Under the pieces are notes generated by a model. That model was not told where the DNA came from. It saw only the letters and a program-made list of their open reading frames with translations, and searched no databases. Made by a program: the position numbers and the translations under genes. This document shows, piece after piece, positions 24,967-34,241 of a DNA stretch of 46,623 bases. Within the stretch, counting starts at the first letter, position 1. Each line of letters opens with the position of its first letter. The stretch is from a virus (lineage: Duplodnaviria; Caudoviricetes), in IMG/VR virus record IMGVR_UViG_3300046025_000015, positions 1 through 46,623 of that record, one strand, 5' to 3'.

Positions 24967-27831
24967 TCACAGCCGATTCCCGGCCGTAGTGACAGTGCCG
25001 GTCCCGTTATCTTGGAGGCTCGCTGTCGCCCCTGAATTGAGCAGGTCGTTGTTCGTCACGAGATTCGCGTCACAGTCGGACGTCTGGATGACGATCCCGT
25101 ATTTCGGGGTTGATCCATCGGCCTTCGTCCGGCAGGTATTCATTTGGATGTTGTTCTGGTCGGAATTGTCCTTCACCTGGATATTATGATAGGAATCAGT
25201 CGAGGTATATCCCGAGCCGGTGATAACGTTCCCACAGATCAGCGAGTTGTGGACCGTGTCGAGAAGAATCCCGCTCTTCGCCGATTGATGGATTAGATTA
25301 TTGCAGATGGATAGGTGTGAGTACACGGTTCCGTTCCCGAAGACGAGGATCCCCTGATCAGCCGCGCCGTCGAGTGCATTCCCCTGACAAACCGACCTGT
25401 TGCCGTTGAACTTGATCCCATCACTGCCGGGATTCTTGACGTGGTTGCCGACAATTTCCGAGCGGCCGTCTCGGTCGCTCAGAATTCCAATTGTGCCGGA
25501 TCCAGCAACGTAGTTGCCGGCGATCCATCCAAGCCCCGAGCCGCCGCTATGTTTGATTCCGACCTGCCCGCTGTTCGTCAGGCGATTGCCATGCACGAAG
25601 CAGCGTGCGGCGGAATTGCTCACATAGATCCCATGCTCGATGGGAGAATCAATCCAGCAATCAGAGACGGAGGCGTTCTCGGCGTTAGTGCCGATCGTTA
25701 CCCCACAGGAGGAGACATTTTCGATAGCAACGCGCGTAACCGAGCAATCGAGATTCCCGTCTCCTGTGTTCGACACATCAGCGATCGTGATGGCACCGTA
25801 GCCCGCTGTATTCGTCGTCCCGGTGCCAGACACGCGGAAATCCCGGAAGTGGACATTATCGCTTGTGTTCGCGAGGAAGGCACGCTCACCCGCCGTCGAC
25901 TGATAGACTTCGCTCGCGTAGCCCTGTCCGACAATCGTCGTATTCGAGGGAACCGAGACTGCCGACGAAAGCGTATATGTCCCGGTCTGGAGAACAACGG
26001 TCCCCCCGCTTGCAGGGAGGGCCGCAATCGCGTCCTCGATGCCTGTCTGGTCGTCAGCAGGGTCGGCCCACTGGACCGCATTCAACTCGGGGATGGTGAG
26101 AGGGCCGAGTTCATCGCCGCCGAACCCGCGATTACTCACCGAGCGCCACTCGTTGACCGTCCCATAGACATCCTCCTTCGGCGACGTGACTGCGGTCAGG
26201 TCGCAGTCGATAACGTTGATCCGATTGATCGTGTCACCACTATAGAGATAGAACCCGCCACTCCCGGTTCCGGCCCCCGAGAAGGTGGTATCCATGAGTG
26301 TGATTTCGTCGAAGGTAAGCGAACTATCCTCGCCGATCAGGAGATGATCGTCCCCCGTTTCGAGGTGACAGCCGTCGAGTGTGAGCCGGTTTGTCCCATC
26401 ATTGACGTTGATGCAATAGCGATCCGTACTTCGGATCTGACACTCCCTGAAGGTCACATCCGGGCGTGAAATCCGGACGGGGGCAAACTGCCCCGGCGTG
26501 CCCGAGTCATCAATGACGCAATTCTGAAAGAGGACTCCTTCGCCGGCTGTGCTCCCGGTCAGATCGCAGGTCGGACCGCTACCGAGATCGAGATAGGAGT
26601 TTTGGATGGTGACCGACCGCGTACTCGGGGAGATCCTGATGGGGTCCTGCCCCGTGTCGGTGGCGATCATCTCCAGGGTGTCGACGCTGGCTGTCTTGGC
26701 GTCTTGGATCGAAAGACAGACACCGCTCGGGTAGGCCTGATTGCTGGCGTTATCCTGGATCGACGTGCAGGACACGATTGAGTCCCCATTCCCAATCCTG
26801 AAGTTGGCGTTCCCGCAATTTTCCGCGACACACCCCCGGAAAAGCCAGCGACCGGCATCGTTTTTGACGTACCACGCTTGATTGATGAAGTTCGCGTAGT
26901 AACAATTCTCGTAGATGGTGGTGCCCTTCGAGGCAGCCCCCCCACTCAGACTCCCGACAGCGTGGCCGGACGTCCCGCCCGCGCCGGACTCCCAGGTCCC
27001 ACCATCGGGCATTCGGAGGCCCTTGTGGTAGACATAGGCATCGGTTTCGTTGGGTCTGATGAGGAAGGTCGCAATCCGGCCATTCGTTTCCAGCGTCCCG
27101 TCGCCGTCGTAGTCCTGATAGCGGTGTCGAGAGCCGATGAGTTCCACGTCCTCGACATGGGCAGATTTGTGGATCGTGCCGTAGGCGAGCGCCCGATCGA
27201 TGTCGAGGCCGCTGGGGGCCGTCCCCGTGATATCCACATCCAGATTCTTGAGGAGAACGCGGTCAGAGGCAACGTTCGTCCCGCCGAATAAGAAGACCTG
27301 CCCATTTGAGTTATCGACCACGTCGAGCGTGGCTCGAGGCGCCCCGACGAAGCCCACATAGTCGAAGGCGTTGGTATCCTCGATCCCCGTAGAGATGCGA
27401 TAAGTCCCCTCGGGGAGGATGTAGATGGTATTGGACCCGTAGGTCTCATACACGTCGGCGAGGTCCTTCGATCCCGTGCCATCATAGCCCTCATTGCTCA
27501 CGTCGACGAGATTCCAGCCGGAAATCGAGAGTGAGGAGAGATTGGTACTCCCGCTGGTAGGATTATCGAACCACGAGACGCCGTCCGACCAGTACCATTG
27601 CTGTTCGTCAGTCGCGTAGAAGAGATTCAGCCCGGAATCAGCGGCGGGGCGATTCGCCAGCGTGTCCAGCATGGGGATTTCACCCTCCAGAATATCGATG
27701 TTAGTCTGGAACGTATCGCCCCAACTCTCGGTGGTGTCGACACTCTGGAGGGGACCGTCAACCCCGTCGGGGGTCTCTTCCTCACCGTCACGGGGCACAT
27801 AAAAACGCTCGTACTTACTATCAGTTGGCAT
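24967..27831 (-). CDS. tail spike-like protein with two beta-helix (pectin-lyase-like) domains
   Basis: Two domain starts (IYILPEGTYRI; IEDAIAALPASGGTVVLQTGTYTL) followed by many GI/GN beta-helix repeats. Confidence 0.75.
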   Translation of the reverse strand: MPTDSKYERFYVPRDGEEETPDGVDGPLQSVDTTESWGDTFQTNIDILEGEIPMLDTLANRPAADSGLNLFYATDEQQWYWSDGVSWFDNPTSGSTNLSSLSISGWNLVDVSNEGYDGTGSKDLADVYETYGSNTIYILPEGTYRISTGIEDTNAFDYVGFVGAPRATLDVVDNSNGQVFLFGGTNVASDRVLLKNLDVDITGTAPSGLDIDRALAYGTIHKSAHVEDVELIGSRHRYQDYDGDGTLETNGRIATFLIRPNETDAYVYHKGLRMPDGGTWESGAGGTSGHAVGSLSGGAASKGTTIYENCYYANFINQAWYVKNDAGRWLFRGCVAENCGNANFRIGNGDSIVSCTSIQDNASNQAYPSGVCLSIQDAKTASVDTLEMIATDTGQDPIRISPSTRSVTIQNSYLDLGSGPTCDLTGSTAGEGVLFQNCVIDDSGTPGQFAPVRISRPDVTFRECQIRSTDRYCINVNDGTNRLTLDGCHLETGDDHLLIGEDSSLTFDEITLMDTTFSGAGTGSGGFYLYSGDTINRINVIDCDLTAVTSPKEDVYGTVNEWRSVSNRGFGGDELGPLTIPELNAVQWADPADDQTGIEDAIAALPASGGTVVLQTGTYTLSSAVSVPSNTTIVGQGYASEVYQSTAGERAFLANTSDNVHFRDFRVSGTGTTNTAGYGAITIADVSNTGDGNLDCSVTRVAIENVSSCGVTIGTNAENASVSDCWIDSPIEHGIYVSNSAARCFVHGNRLTNSGQVGIKHSGGSGLGWIAGNYVAGSGTIGILSDRDGRSEIVGNHVKNPGSDGIKFNGNRSVCQGNALDGAADQGILVFGNGTVYSHLSICNNLIHQSAKSGILLDTVHNSLICGNVITGSGYTSTDSYHNIQVKDNSDQNNIQMNTCRTKADGSTPKYGIVIQTSDCDANLVTNNDLLNSGATASLQDNGTGTVTTAGNRL

Positions 27832-27904
27832 ATGTTATTAGGGAGGAGTCTGTGTCTGAATCGGGGTACGAATCGGATTCGACGCCGTCTGCGGGCGGAA
27901 GCAG

Positions 27905-30900
27905 TCAGTTATAGCGATTTTTGGAGTCGAGGGTGGCGATCATCTCGTCGACGACGTCCTCGCCGGACTCGGGGTTGTTCACTTCGATTTTCCGGATGTG
28001 GACGCTGCCGGAGCCCATAGACCCCCCCTGACCGGGCGTGCGATCAACCTCTGCGGAGGGGACGACCCGCTCGCCAGCGTGCAGGCGGGCGAGGCCACCG
28101 GACTCAATCATGCCGCCGGTATAGGCGCTTTTGAACGATCCAGCGCCGCCACTCGTCGCGCTCCCCCCACCCGGGAGTGGGAGGTTGGGGATCTCAATCG
28201 TGTCGCCGCCGAGGGTGGCACTCGGCGGGCTCCAACTTCCACCCTCGATAATCGTCTCGCCGCCGGCTTTGACGGGATCCCACGAGATTCCGCTGCCCCC
28301 GCCGACCGTGAACTCGGGGATGGTCAACTCGTCCGGCATGATGTTGTTGAAGGCTTCGACTGCCTGTTTCGCGGCGCTTTCGAGCGCCCCGATGATGCCA
28401 TCCCCCAAGCTCTCGAACGCGCCGACTAGGTCCGGCGTGGCCGTCTCGAGGACATACGTGCCGATCTGCCCAAACGTCTCCTTGATATCGCTGAGGATAT
28501 CGTCCCCCCAGCTGACAATATCTTGGTAGAGGCTATCCAGCCACGCTCCAATCGAGTCGATATACCCACCGAACCACTTGTCCCAGAAATTCCCCAACCG
28601 GTTGAAGGTCTTCTTCGTGAAGGTCTCGATATTCGTCCAGGCACCCTCCCAGTCACCCGAAATGAGATTCAACGTTACATTAACGAGCGTGAGAATCGCG
28701 TCGAATGCAATCGTGAGGGTGGTTCGAATCGCATCTAGGGCGGCCTTCAATATCGTGAGCAATTCGTCGCCCCACTCGTTCCAGGCGGCCTGGATGATAT
28801 CGAGTGTGGGTTTGATGACGTTGCTCCAGATGGCGTTGAATGCGGTTACCGTATTGGCGAGGATCCCCTCGTCGCCAGTCATATTCGCACTCCAGACAGC
28901 CGCCATATCCGAGATCGTGCTCGAAACGAACGACGCGAGCAACCCCGTGTACTTCTTCGTGACATCGAGGATGAGCGAGAAGGTCTGGCCCGCTTCGTCC
29001 TTCATCTCCTGAATATTCTGCCCGAACTCGGTGTTCATGTTCTGCGCGGGGTTCGTGACCTGCGTCTTGAGCGAGGCCATCGTGACGGCGACGCTACTCT
29101 GGAGGCTATCGAAGATTGAGATCCCTGCATCATGGAGGAGTTGCCATTCGCTGAGGACGAACCCTTCCATCTCGGAGGCCATCGACTTTGCGGTGGTTTC
29201 GATCTCCTGCATATCCGTTGTCGCAGCGAGAGCGAGGCCCCCGATCGCAGCGACGAGAATTCCAATCGGCCCGGTCAGCCCAGTCAGCACGGACCCGTAC
29301 GCCCCGAGCGAGGACCCCGCCAGCGAGAGCGAGGAGATGAGGCCGCCGAGCGTCGTGACGATCGATCCCAGGCTCGACACGAGGCCACTTGCATAGCCTC
29401 CGAGGGAGAGGATCGCCGAGCCGGCAGTCCCGAGCGGGCCAAGGAGTGAGCTCACACCGAGTGCAACCCCGCTGAATTTCGATATCAGAGCGCCCAGCGT
29501 GATGGCGACAGCCGCCGAGGCTTCCTTAACCCCTCCGAGCTTCGAAACCAGCGGCTCGATTTTCGTCGTGATCGACTCAAGGACGGCCGTGACCGTCCCG
29601 CCGTGAGCCTGCCAGAGCGCGTCCGCGCCCGTGATCACGGTCTGGGCCATCTTCAGCAGGTCCGTGAGCGCGACCAGGAGTCCGGAGGTGATGGCTTCGC
29701 TCACGACCGCCGTGATTTGAGTCACCTCATCGCGGTGTTTCTTCCAGGCACCCGCGACCGTATCCAGCATCCCCGACACCGTATTCGCCAGGAGGGTCAG
29801 CGTCTCCCCGAGTTCGGCGAGGAGAGCGTCGCCGTGCTTGCCCCACGCGGCGAGAACGCCGTCGAGGGCGCCCGTGATAATCGCCTTGTAGGTCTTGGCC
29901 CGCTCGGTCACGTAATTCACGATCGACGAGAACAGCCCGGTAACGGTGTTCGCCACCTCGGTCCCGTGGCTGTCCCAGTACCCCGTCACGGCAGCAAGCC
30001 CGGTTTTGACCGTCGAGCGGACCGTGTCGATCCCGTCTGCGATGGCCAGTTGCACGTCCATGAGCACCGACGAGACCGGGGCGGGGAGCGTGAGCAGGAT
30101 CTTTGCCCACGTGCTCCGGAGCGACAGCAGCCCCGACTCGGCGACCGAGTGGAGGGTTTCGAGTCCGGACGTAAACGCAGCCGTCAACGTATCGAAGAGA
30201 GAGTGTGCGGATTGCTCGGCATCCGCCCAGGCGCCGTGGTAGGCGTTCAGGAGGATGCTAAGACTGGTTTTCGTCAACGTGGTCAGCGTCGAGAGCGCCG
30301 AATCGGTCGCCGCCTTGATCGTCGCGTAGGTATCCTTGACGGTCGTGATCGTTGCCTGGCCGTGGGACTGCCAGGCCGCATCCAGCGATTTCAGCGCGTC
30401 CCGGATCGCTTGTCCCGCGGTTTTGATTCCGGGGACGAACGTCCCCTGGACCGCGCTCACGATCCCCGCCGTCGCGTCCTCCGCGTTCGAGCGTGTGAGC
30501 CCGAACGCAGAGGCGATATCGGTGAGGATGGGCGGGATGACCGCGTTCGCCGTCTCGACCGTCGCCATCAGCTCCGACTTGAGTGTGGCCGCGATCTCCT
30601 GGGTCGCGTCGCGGGCGCCGGCGATGTTATCTTTATAAACCAGGACAGCCCCCGAGAGCACCCCCAGCGGGCCGAGGACGGAGCCAATGCTGACACCGAA
30701 ATAGGAGAGCGCGCCTGCGGCCCCCGTGACTGTCGTCGTCAGGAGCGCGATTGCCCCCTTCGCGCCGTCAGACTCCTCCTGGATCTTGAGCAGCCGGTCG
30801 GCCATCGAATTGAGCGGCTTCAGGAGCGCGATCACTTTCGGCGCGAACCATTCACCGATCGTGATTCCGAGGTCAGTGATCTTCGATTGGAAGAGGTCGA

Positions 30901-31876
30901 TCTGTTTATTGAGTGTCTGTTTCTGGGTTTTGGCGACCTCTTGAGTAACGCCCTGCATCTCCTTGAGTTGATCCGCTTCCTTCTGGATCGCATCCCCTCC
31001 CTTCGAGAGGAGGACTTGCATCCCCGGGCCAGCGCGAGCGCCGAACAGCTCCATGATATCTGCCGCGGACGCCCCGGCCGCTTGCAGATCATTCACAACC
31101 TCGGTGAAGTCTCGCATTTTGCCCTCGGAATCCGTCACGGAGACACCCAGTTGGTTCAGTTTCTCCTGGGCCGCATTCGTCGGGTTTGCCAACTTGTTGA
31201 GCGCCTGGCGGAGCGTCGTCCCGGCTTTCGAGCCCTTGATACCCGCATCCGACAGGAGGCCGATCGCCGCACTCGTCTCCTGGATCGAGACGCCAAGCCC
31301 CTCCGCGACAGGCGCGACGTAGCTCATGGCCGACCCCATCCCCTCCATCGTCGAGTTGTGATTCTTGACCGTCCCCGTGAGCGTGTCCGTGACCGTCGTC
31401 AGCTCCGAGACGGGCTTATTGAAGGCGGAGAGAATGTCACTGGCGTAGTCCGTGGCTTGGGCCATGTCCATCGCGCCGGCCTCCGCGAGCGCCGCGACCT
31501 CGGGCATCGCCTCAATGGACTGGGCAGCGTCGAAGCCCGCCGACGCTAAATAGTAGAACGACTGCGCCGCAGCTTCGTGGCTCTTGGTCGTAGATTTGGC
31601 GACCTCGCGGGCCGTATCCTCTAATTTCTCACGTTGGGCATCCGAAACGTCAGACATTATGGATATTGATTCTTGCATGGCCGAGTCGAACGAACCAAAA
31701 GCCTTGATGCTCTTGGCGATCCCCCCAGCGGAGGCAGCGGCCAGCGCCGCACCCATCGCCCCGACGGCTTTCTTTGCGGAGGTGGCGGCGGCCCCGATTC
31801 CCTGGAGCCGTTCGGCCGTCTCCTGGGCGCCGTCACTTGAGACCTGCACTTCCAATCGCTCAGCAGCAATGGCCAT
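27905..31876 (-). CDS. tail tape measure protein (TP901-like core)
   Basis: 1323 aa, Ala-rich and helical; GIKGSKAGTTLR, LGVSVTDSEGKMR, ELFGARAG, periodic Trp, and C-terminal LHAGERVVP. Confidence 0.95.
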   Translation of the reverse strand: MAIAAERLEVQVSSDGAQETAERLQGIGAAATSAKKAVGAMGAALAAASAGGIAKSIKAFGSFDSAMQESISIMSDVSDAQREKLEDTAREVAKSTTKSHEAAAQSFYYLASAGFDAAQSIEAMPEVAALAEAGAMDMAQATDYASDILSAFNKPVSELTTVTDTLTGTVKNHNSTMEGMGSAMSYVAPVAEGLGVSIQETSAAIGLLSDAGIKGSKAGTTLRQALNKLANPTNAAQEKLNQLGVSVTDSEGKMRDFTEVVNDLQAAGASAADIMELFGARAGPGMQVLLSKGGDAIQKEADQLKEMQGVTQEVAKTQKQTLNKQIDLFQSKITDLGITIGEWFAPKVIALLKPLNSMADRLLKIQEESDGAKGAIALLTTTVTGAAGALSYFGVSIGSVLGPLGVLSGAVLVYKDNIAGARDATQEIAATLKSELMATVETANAVIPPILTDIASAFGLTRSNAEDATAGIVSAVQGTFVPGIKTAGQAIRDALKSLDAAWQSHGQATITTVKDTYATIKAATDSALSTLTTLTKTSLSILLNAYHGAWADAEQSAHSLFDTLTAAFTSGLETLHSVAESGLLSLRSTWAKILLTLPAPVSSVLMDVQLAIADGIDTVRSTVKTGLAAVTGYWDSHGTEVANTVTGLFSSIVNYVTERAKTYKAIITGALDGVLAAWGKHGDALLAELGETLTLLANTVSGMLDTVAGAWKKHRDEVTQITAVVSEAITSGLLVALTDLLKMAQTVITGADALWQAHGGTVTAVLESITTKIEPLVSKLGGVKEASAAVAITLGALISKFSGVALGVSSLLGPLGTAGSAILSLGGYASGLVSSLGSIVTTLGGLISSLSLAGSSLGAYGSVLTGLTGPIGILVAAIGGLALAATTDMQEIETTAKSMASEMEGFVLSEWQLLHDAGISIFDSLQSSVAVTMASLKTQVTNPAQNMNTEFGQNIQEMKDEAGQTFSLILDVTKKYTGLLASFVSSTISDMAAVWSANMTGDEGILANTVTAFNAIWSNVIKPTLDIIQAAWNEWGDELLTILKAALDAIRTTLTIAFDAILTLVNVTLNLISGDWEGAWTNIETFTKKTFNRLGNFWDKWFGGYIDSIGAWLDSLYQDIVSWGDDILSDIKETFGQIGTYVLETATPDLVGAFESLGDGIIGALESAAKQAVEAFNNIMPDELTIPEFTVGGGSGISWDPVKAGGETIIEGGSWSPPSATLGGDTIEIPNLPLPGGGSATSGGAGSFKSAYTGGMIESGGLARLHAGERVVPSAEVDRTPGQGGSMGSGSVHIRKIEVNNPESGEDVVDEMIATLDSKNRYN

Positions 31877-31933
31877 GTTTACTATATGATAAGTTTAGGA
31901 ATTAGTTTGTACTCGGGAGGTGATGCACGCGAT

Positions 31934-32188
31934 ATGGGGCAGTCAGAGACGGGATCAGAGTTCGTGTGCGAGCAGTGTCGGGGCGGGATCGACGAGGAGG
32001 CCAGCCGATGCCCACATTGTGGCTATACAGCAGGGACGTCGCATCACCGGTGGGCGATCATCCACGGGATCCTCGGGTTCATAACCTTCATGACCGTCAT
32101 CGGGATCCCGCTCGGCCTCTGGATGTGGTACAAAGGCCGCAAGCACAAGCAGAAAGCCAAGGCCGCGACGCCCGCAGTCTCGGCCTAG
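31934..32188 (+). CDS. zinc-ribbon membrane protein (moron)
   Basis: CEQC...CPHCG plus hydrophobic helices; GGAGGTGA at 31916-31923; opposite strand to the tail genes. Confidence 0.75.
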   Translation: MGQSETGSEFVCEQCRGGIDEEASRCPHCGYTAGTSHHRWAIIHGILGFITFMTVIGIPLGLWMWYKGRKHKQKAKAATPAVSA

Positions 32189-32274
32189 TCGCTAAACGCC
32201 GCGAGTTCGGTTTGCCCGTCCTGTTCGTCGACGATCTGGGCCATTGCTCGTTCTACGCGAAAATGGTAGGTTCG

Positions 32275-32628
32275 TTAGTCGTCGCCAGCCATCACGTCAC
32301 CATCAAAGACGACAGGTTGGACAAAGACATTCTCATGTGCGAGCAACGGACGCTTTGAGCGGCCTTCTGTCTCATACTCGACAATGTCGGCTTCAAAGAG
32401 GACGTTGAGGTCATCACTAACAACGCTAACATGACGATCTACGACCCGTGCGAGTTCGCGAACCGAGTTCGGCTTTTCATCTTTGATAGCGTTGAGCAGC
32501 CGGATCCGCTCGGGTGTGAGAACACGCTCTGCGGTCTCCCGCTGGATGACGTGGATATCCTCCTGGCCGATTTCGGTGAGCCAGCGAAGATACTTCATCT
32601 CGGTATTACCCTGTGACTTTATTGACAT
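32275..32628 (-). CDS. HVO_A0114-like HTH protein (second paralogue)
   Basis: VLTPERIRLL...PNSVRELARVVDRHVSVVSDDLNVL...KRP aligns by eye with 18171-18512. Confidence 0.8.
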   Translation of the reverse strand: MSIKSQGNTEMKYLRWLTEIGQEDIHVIQRETAERVLTPERIRLLNAIKDEKPNSVRELARVVDRHVSVVSDDLNVLFEADIVEYETEGRSKRPLLAHENVFVQPVVFDGDVMAGDD

Positions 32629-32840
32629 ATTTTGCCGATTCGAGGGGTGGTGCGTATTGTTGCGGGCTGTCTATCTGATCTTCTATTCGGCTTCTTACTA
32701 TGTGCTATTACTGAGTCACCGAACGAACGGTGTCAAACTGCCTTCGCGACTGGGTCTTGAGCATATCTATGTTCATGTATGAGGTGAACAGACTTATGTC
32801 TTCTGACTGCATAGTAGTGGGTGCTGCGAGGTCTGATATA

Positions 32841-33146
32841 ATGCCGCAACGATCTACCGAGTTTAAGCGAAAGGGTGGACTTATCTTCCATCTCGCTATT
32901 CGAGGTGAACCAACGTTTAAACAACCAACTGATTTTGCGGTCGTCATCTACACTAACGACCCCGAGAGTGGCGAGCGGGTTGAGGTGGTACGCATCGACA
33001 GCTCTCACGGCGAGGTTCATATCCACCGCTTCTACCGCCAGGATAACGCGAAAGAGCCTATGGAATTGGGGCTGTGGGACGCGGTTGAATTCGTCTCCGA
33101 GAAAGGGGAGACATTCATCGACCGATTTCTCAAATCCGGGCCATGA
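32841..33146 (+). CDS. DUF6516/TumE-like putative toxin
   Basis: RIDSSHGEVHIH motif (R-x-D-x2-H-G-x2-H-x-H); neighbour of an HVO_A0114-like HTH gene. Confidence 0.6.
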   Translation: MPQRSTEFKRKGGLIFHLAIRGEPTFKQPTDFAVVIYTNDPESGERVEVVRIDSSHGEVHIHRFYRQDNAKEPMELGLWDAVEFVSEKGETFIDRFLKSGP

Positions 33147-33214
33147 CTTGGTAACCTAGAACTAGGGGACGATTCTGGGACCTATAGGAAGTGCACGGCC
33201 TCGGCGACTGCTGA

Positions 33215-33520
33215 CTACCCAGCTTTCTTTTGCTCGATCCACTCGTCGGCTGCCCGCCGATCGGCTTCCGTCATTCGTCCGGGCTGTTTCTTCCGACCCG
33301 GGCCGTCGGGATCCTGCGTATCTTCGGCCCCCGACAGACGGTGTGGATCTAAGTGCTTGAAGTAGTGTTCCCGCCCAATCATGATACGGTTCTTTTCTTC
33401 ACGGGTCAGTTGCCCGAGGATGCCATGTCTATCGAGGGTGTAGTTGAGTTCGTACTGGATGCAGAACTCGATGGTGGCCTGCCGCTCGTAGGGATCAAGC
33501 GCCCGGTACCACTCGGGCAT
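33215..33520 (-). CDS. tail assembly chaperone, frameshifted C-terminal part (gpT-like)
   Basis: Its frame stays open upstream of the ATG back to the slippery site at 33571-33577. Confidence 0.7.
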   Translation of the reverse strand: MPEWYRALDPYERQATIEFCIQYELNYTLDRHGILGQLTREEKNRIMIGREHYFKHLDPHRLSGAEDTQDPDGPGRKKQPGRMTEADRRAADEWIEQKKAG

Positions 33521-33567
33521 CCCCTCCTGGGCGTCCTCCCCGGCTGCATCAAGAACACCGTCGAGAC

Positions 33568-34161
33568 TTAGTTTCCCTCGTCCTCGTCGGCCTCGTCGAA
33601 CAACTCCTGCATTCGCTCTGGGCCGAGCTGATCCATGAGTTTGGCCTCGCCGTCAGAGAGTTCACCGCGGCGGTTTGCCCGGAGGCGCTCGACGAGGTCC
33701 TGTTCGTCGCTCGCCAGGAGAATCGCAAAGAAATACGCATCTTCCGTGGTGCTCGTCAGGCTCTCGCCGACAAACTGCTCGGTCACCTGGTCGTCAGGAC
33801 ACTCGGAGTGGTCGGTCAGGTCGGGATAGACCACATACTCGTCGAATAGTTCCGCGAGCATCTGGTCGGTGATGTCCTCGCCCTGTCCGAGCGTCTCCCC
33901 GATGTATTTTTCGCGGTCAGCACTCGGGAGCGGGCGGGCCAGCACGTCCGCGTCCAGTTCTTCAACGTACTCCCGCCGGGGGCGAGCGCGCCCCTGAGCG
34001 TCACGCTGGATCGTGGTCTGTTCGACGCTGGCGAGGTCAGCATCCCCACCAGAGCCGTCTACGTGGCGGGGGAGGTCTGCGTTGGTGTCCTCGCTGTGCT
34101 CGTCGGTAGTAGTCTTGCGGTCGGTGTCGGTGTCGGTGTATTCGGATTGGGATCCGGACAT
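33568..34161 (-). CDS. tail assembly chaperone (gpG-like)
   Basis: Between tail tube and tape measure; ends G GGA AAC TAA. Confidence 0.75.
   Translation of the reverse strand: MSGSQSEYTDTDTDRKTTTDEHSEDTNADLPRHVDGSGGDADLASVEQTTIQRDAQGRARPRREYVEELDADVLARPLPSADREKYIGETLGQGEDITDQMLAELFDEYVVYPDLTDHSECPDDQVTEQFVGESLTSTTEDAYFFAILLASDEQDLVERLRANRRGELSDGEAKLMDQLGPERMQELFDEADEDEGN
33571..33577 (-). promoter_or_regulatory. -1 ribosomal frameshift slippery site GGGAAAC
   Basis: X XXY YYZ heptamer immediately before the stop; the -1 frame reads LSLDGVLDAAGEDAQEG-MPEW without a stop. Confidence 0.8.
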
Positions 34162-34241
34162 AGGGTGGACTGGATTCTCAGGATTCTCGTCGGGTGGTTG
34201 GCGGACGCTACAAAGTGCTGCCGCTCTCCGTGATCAGGCTA

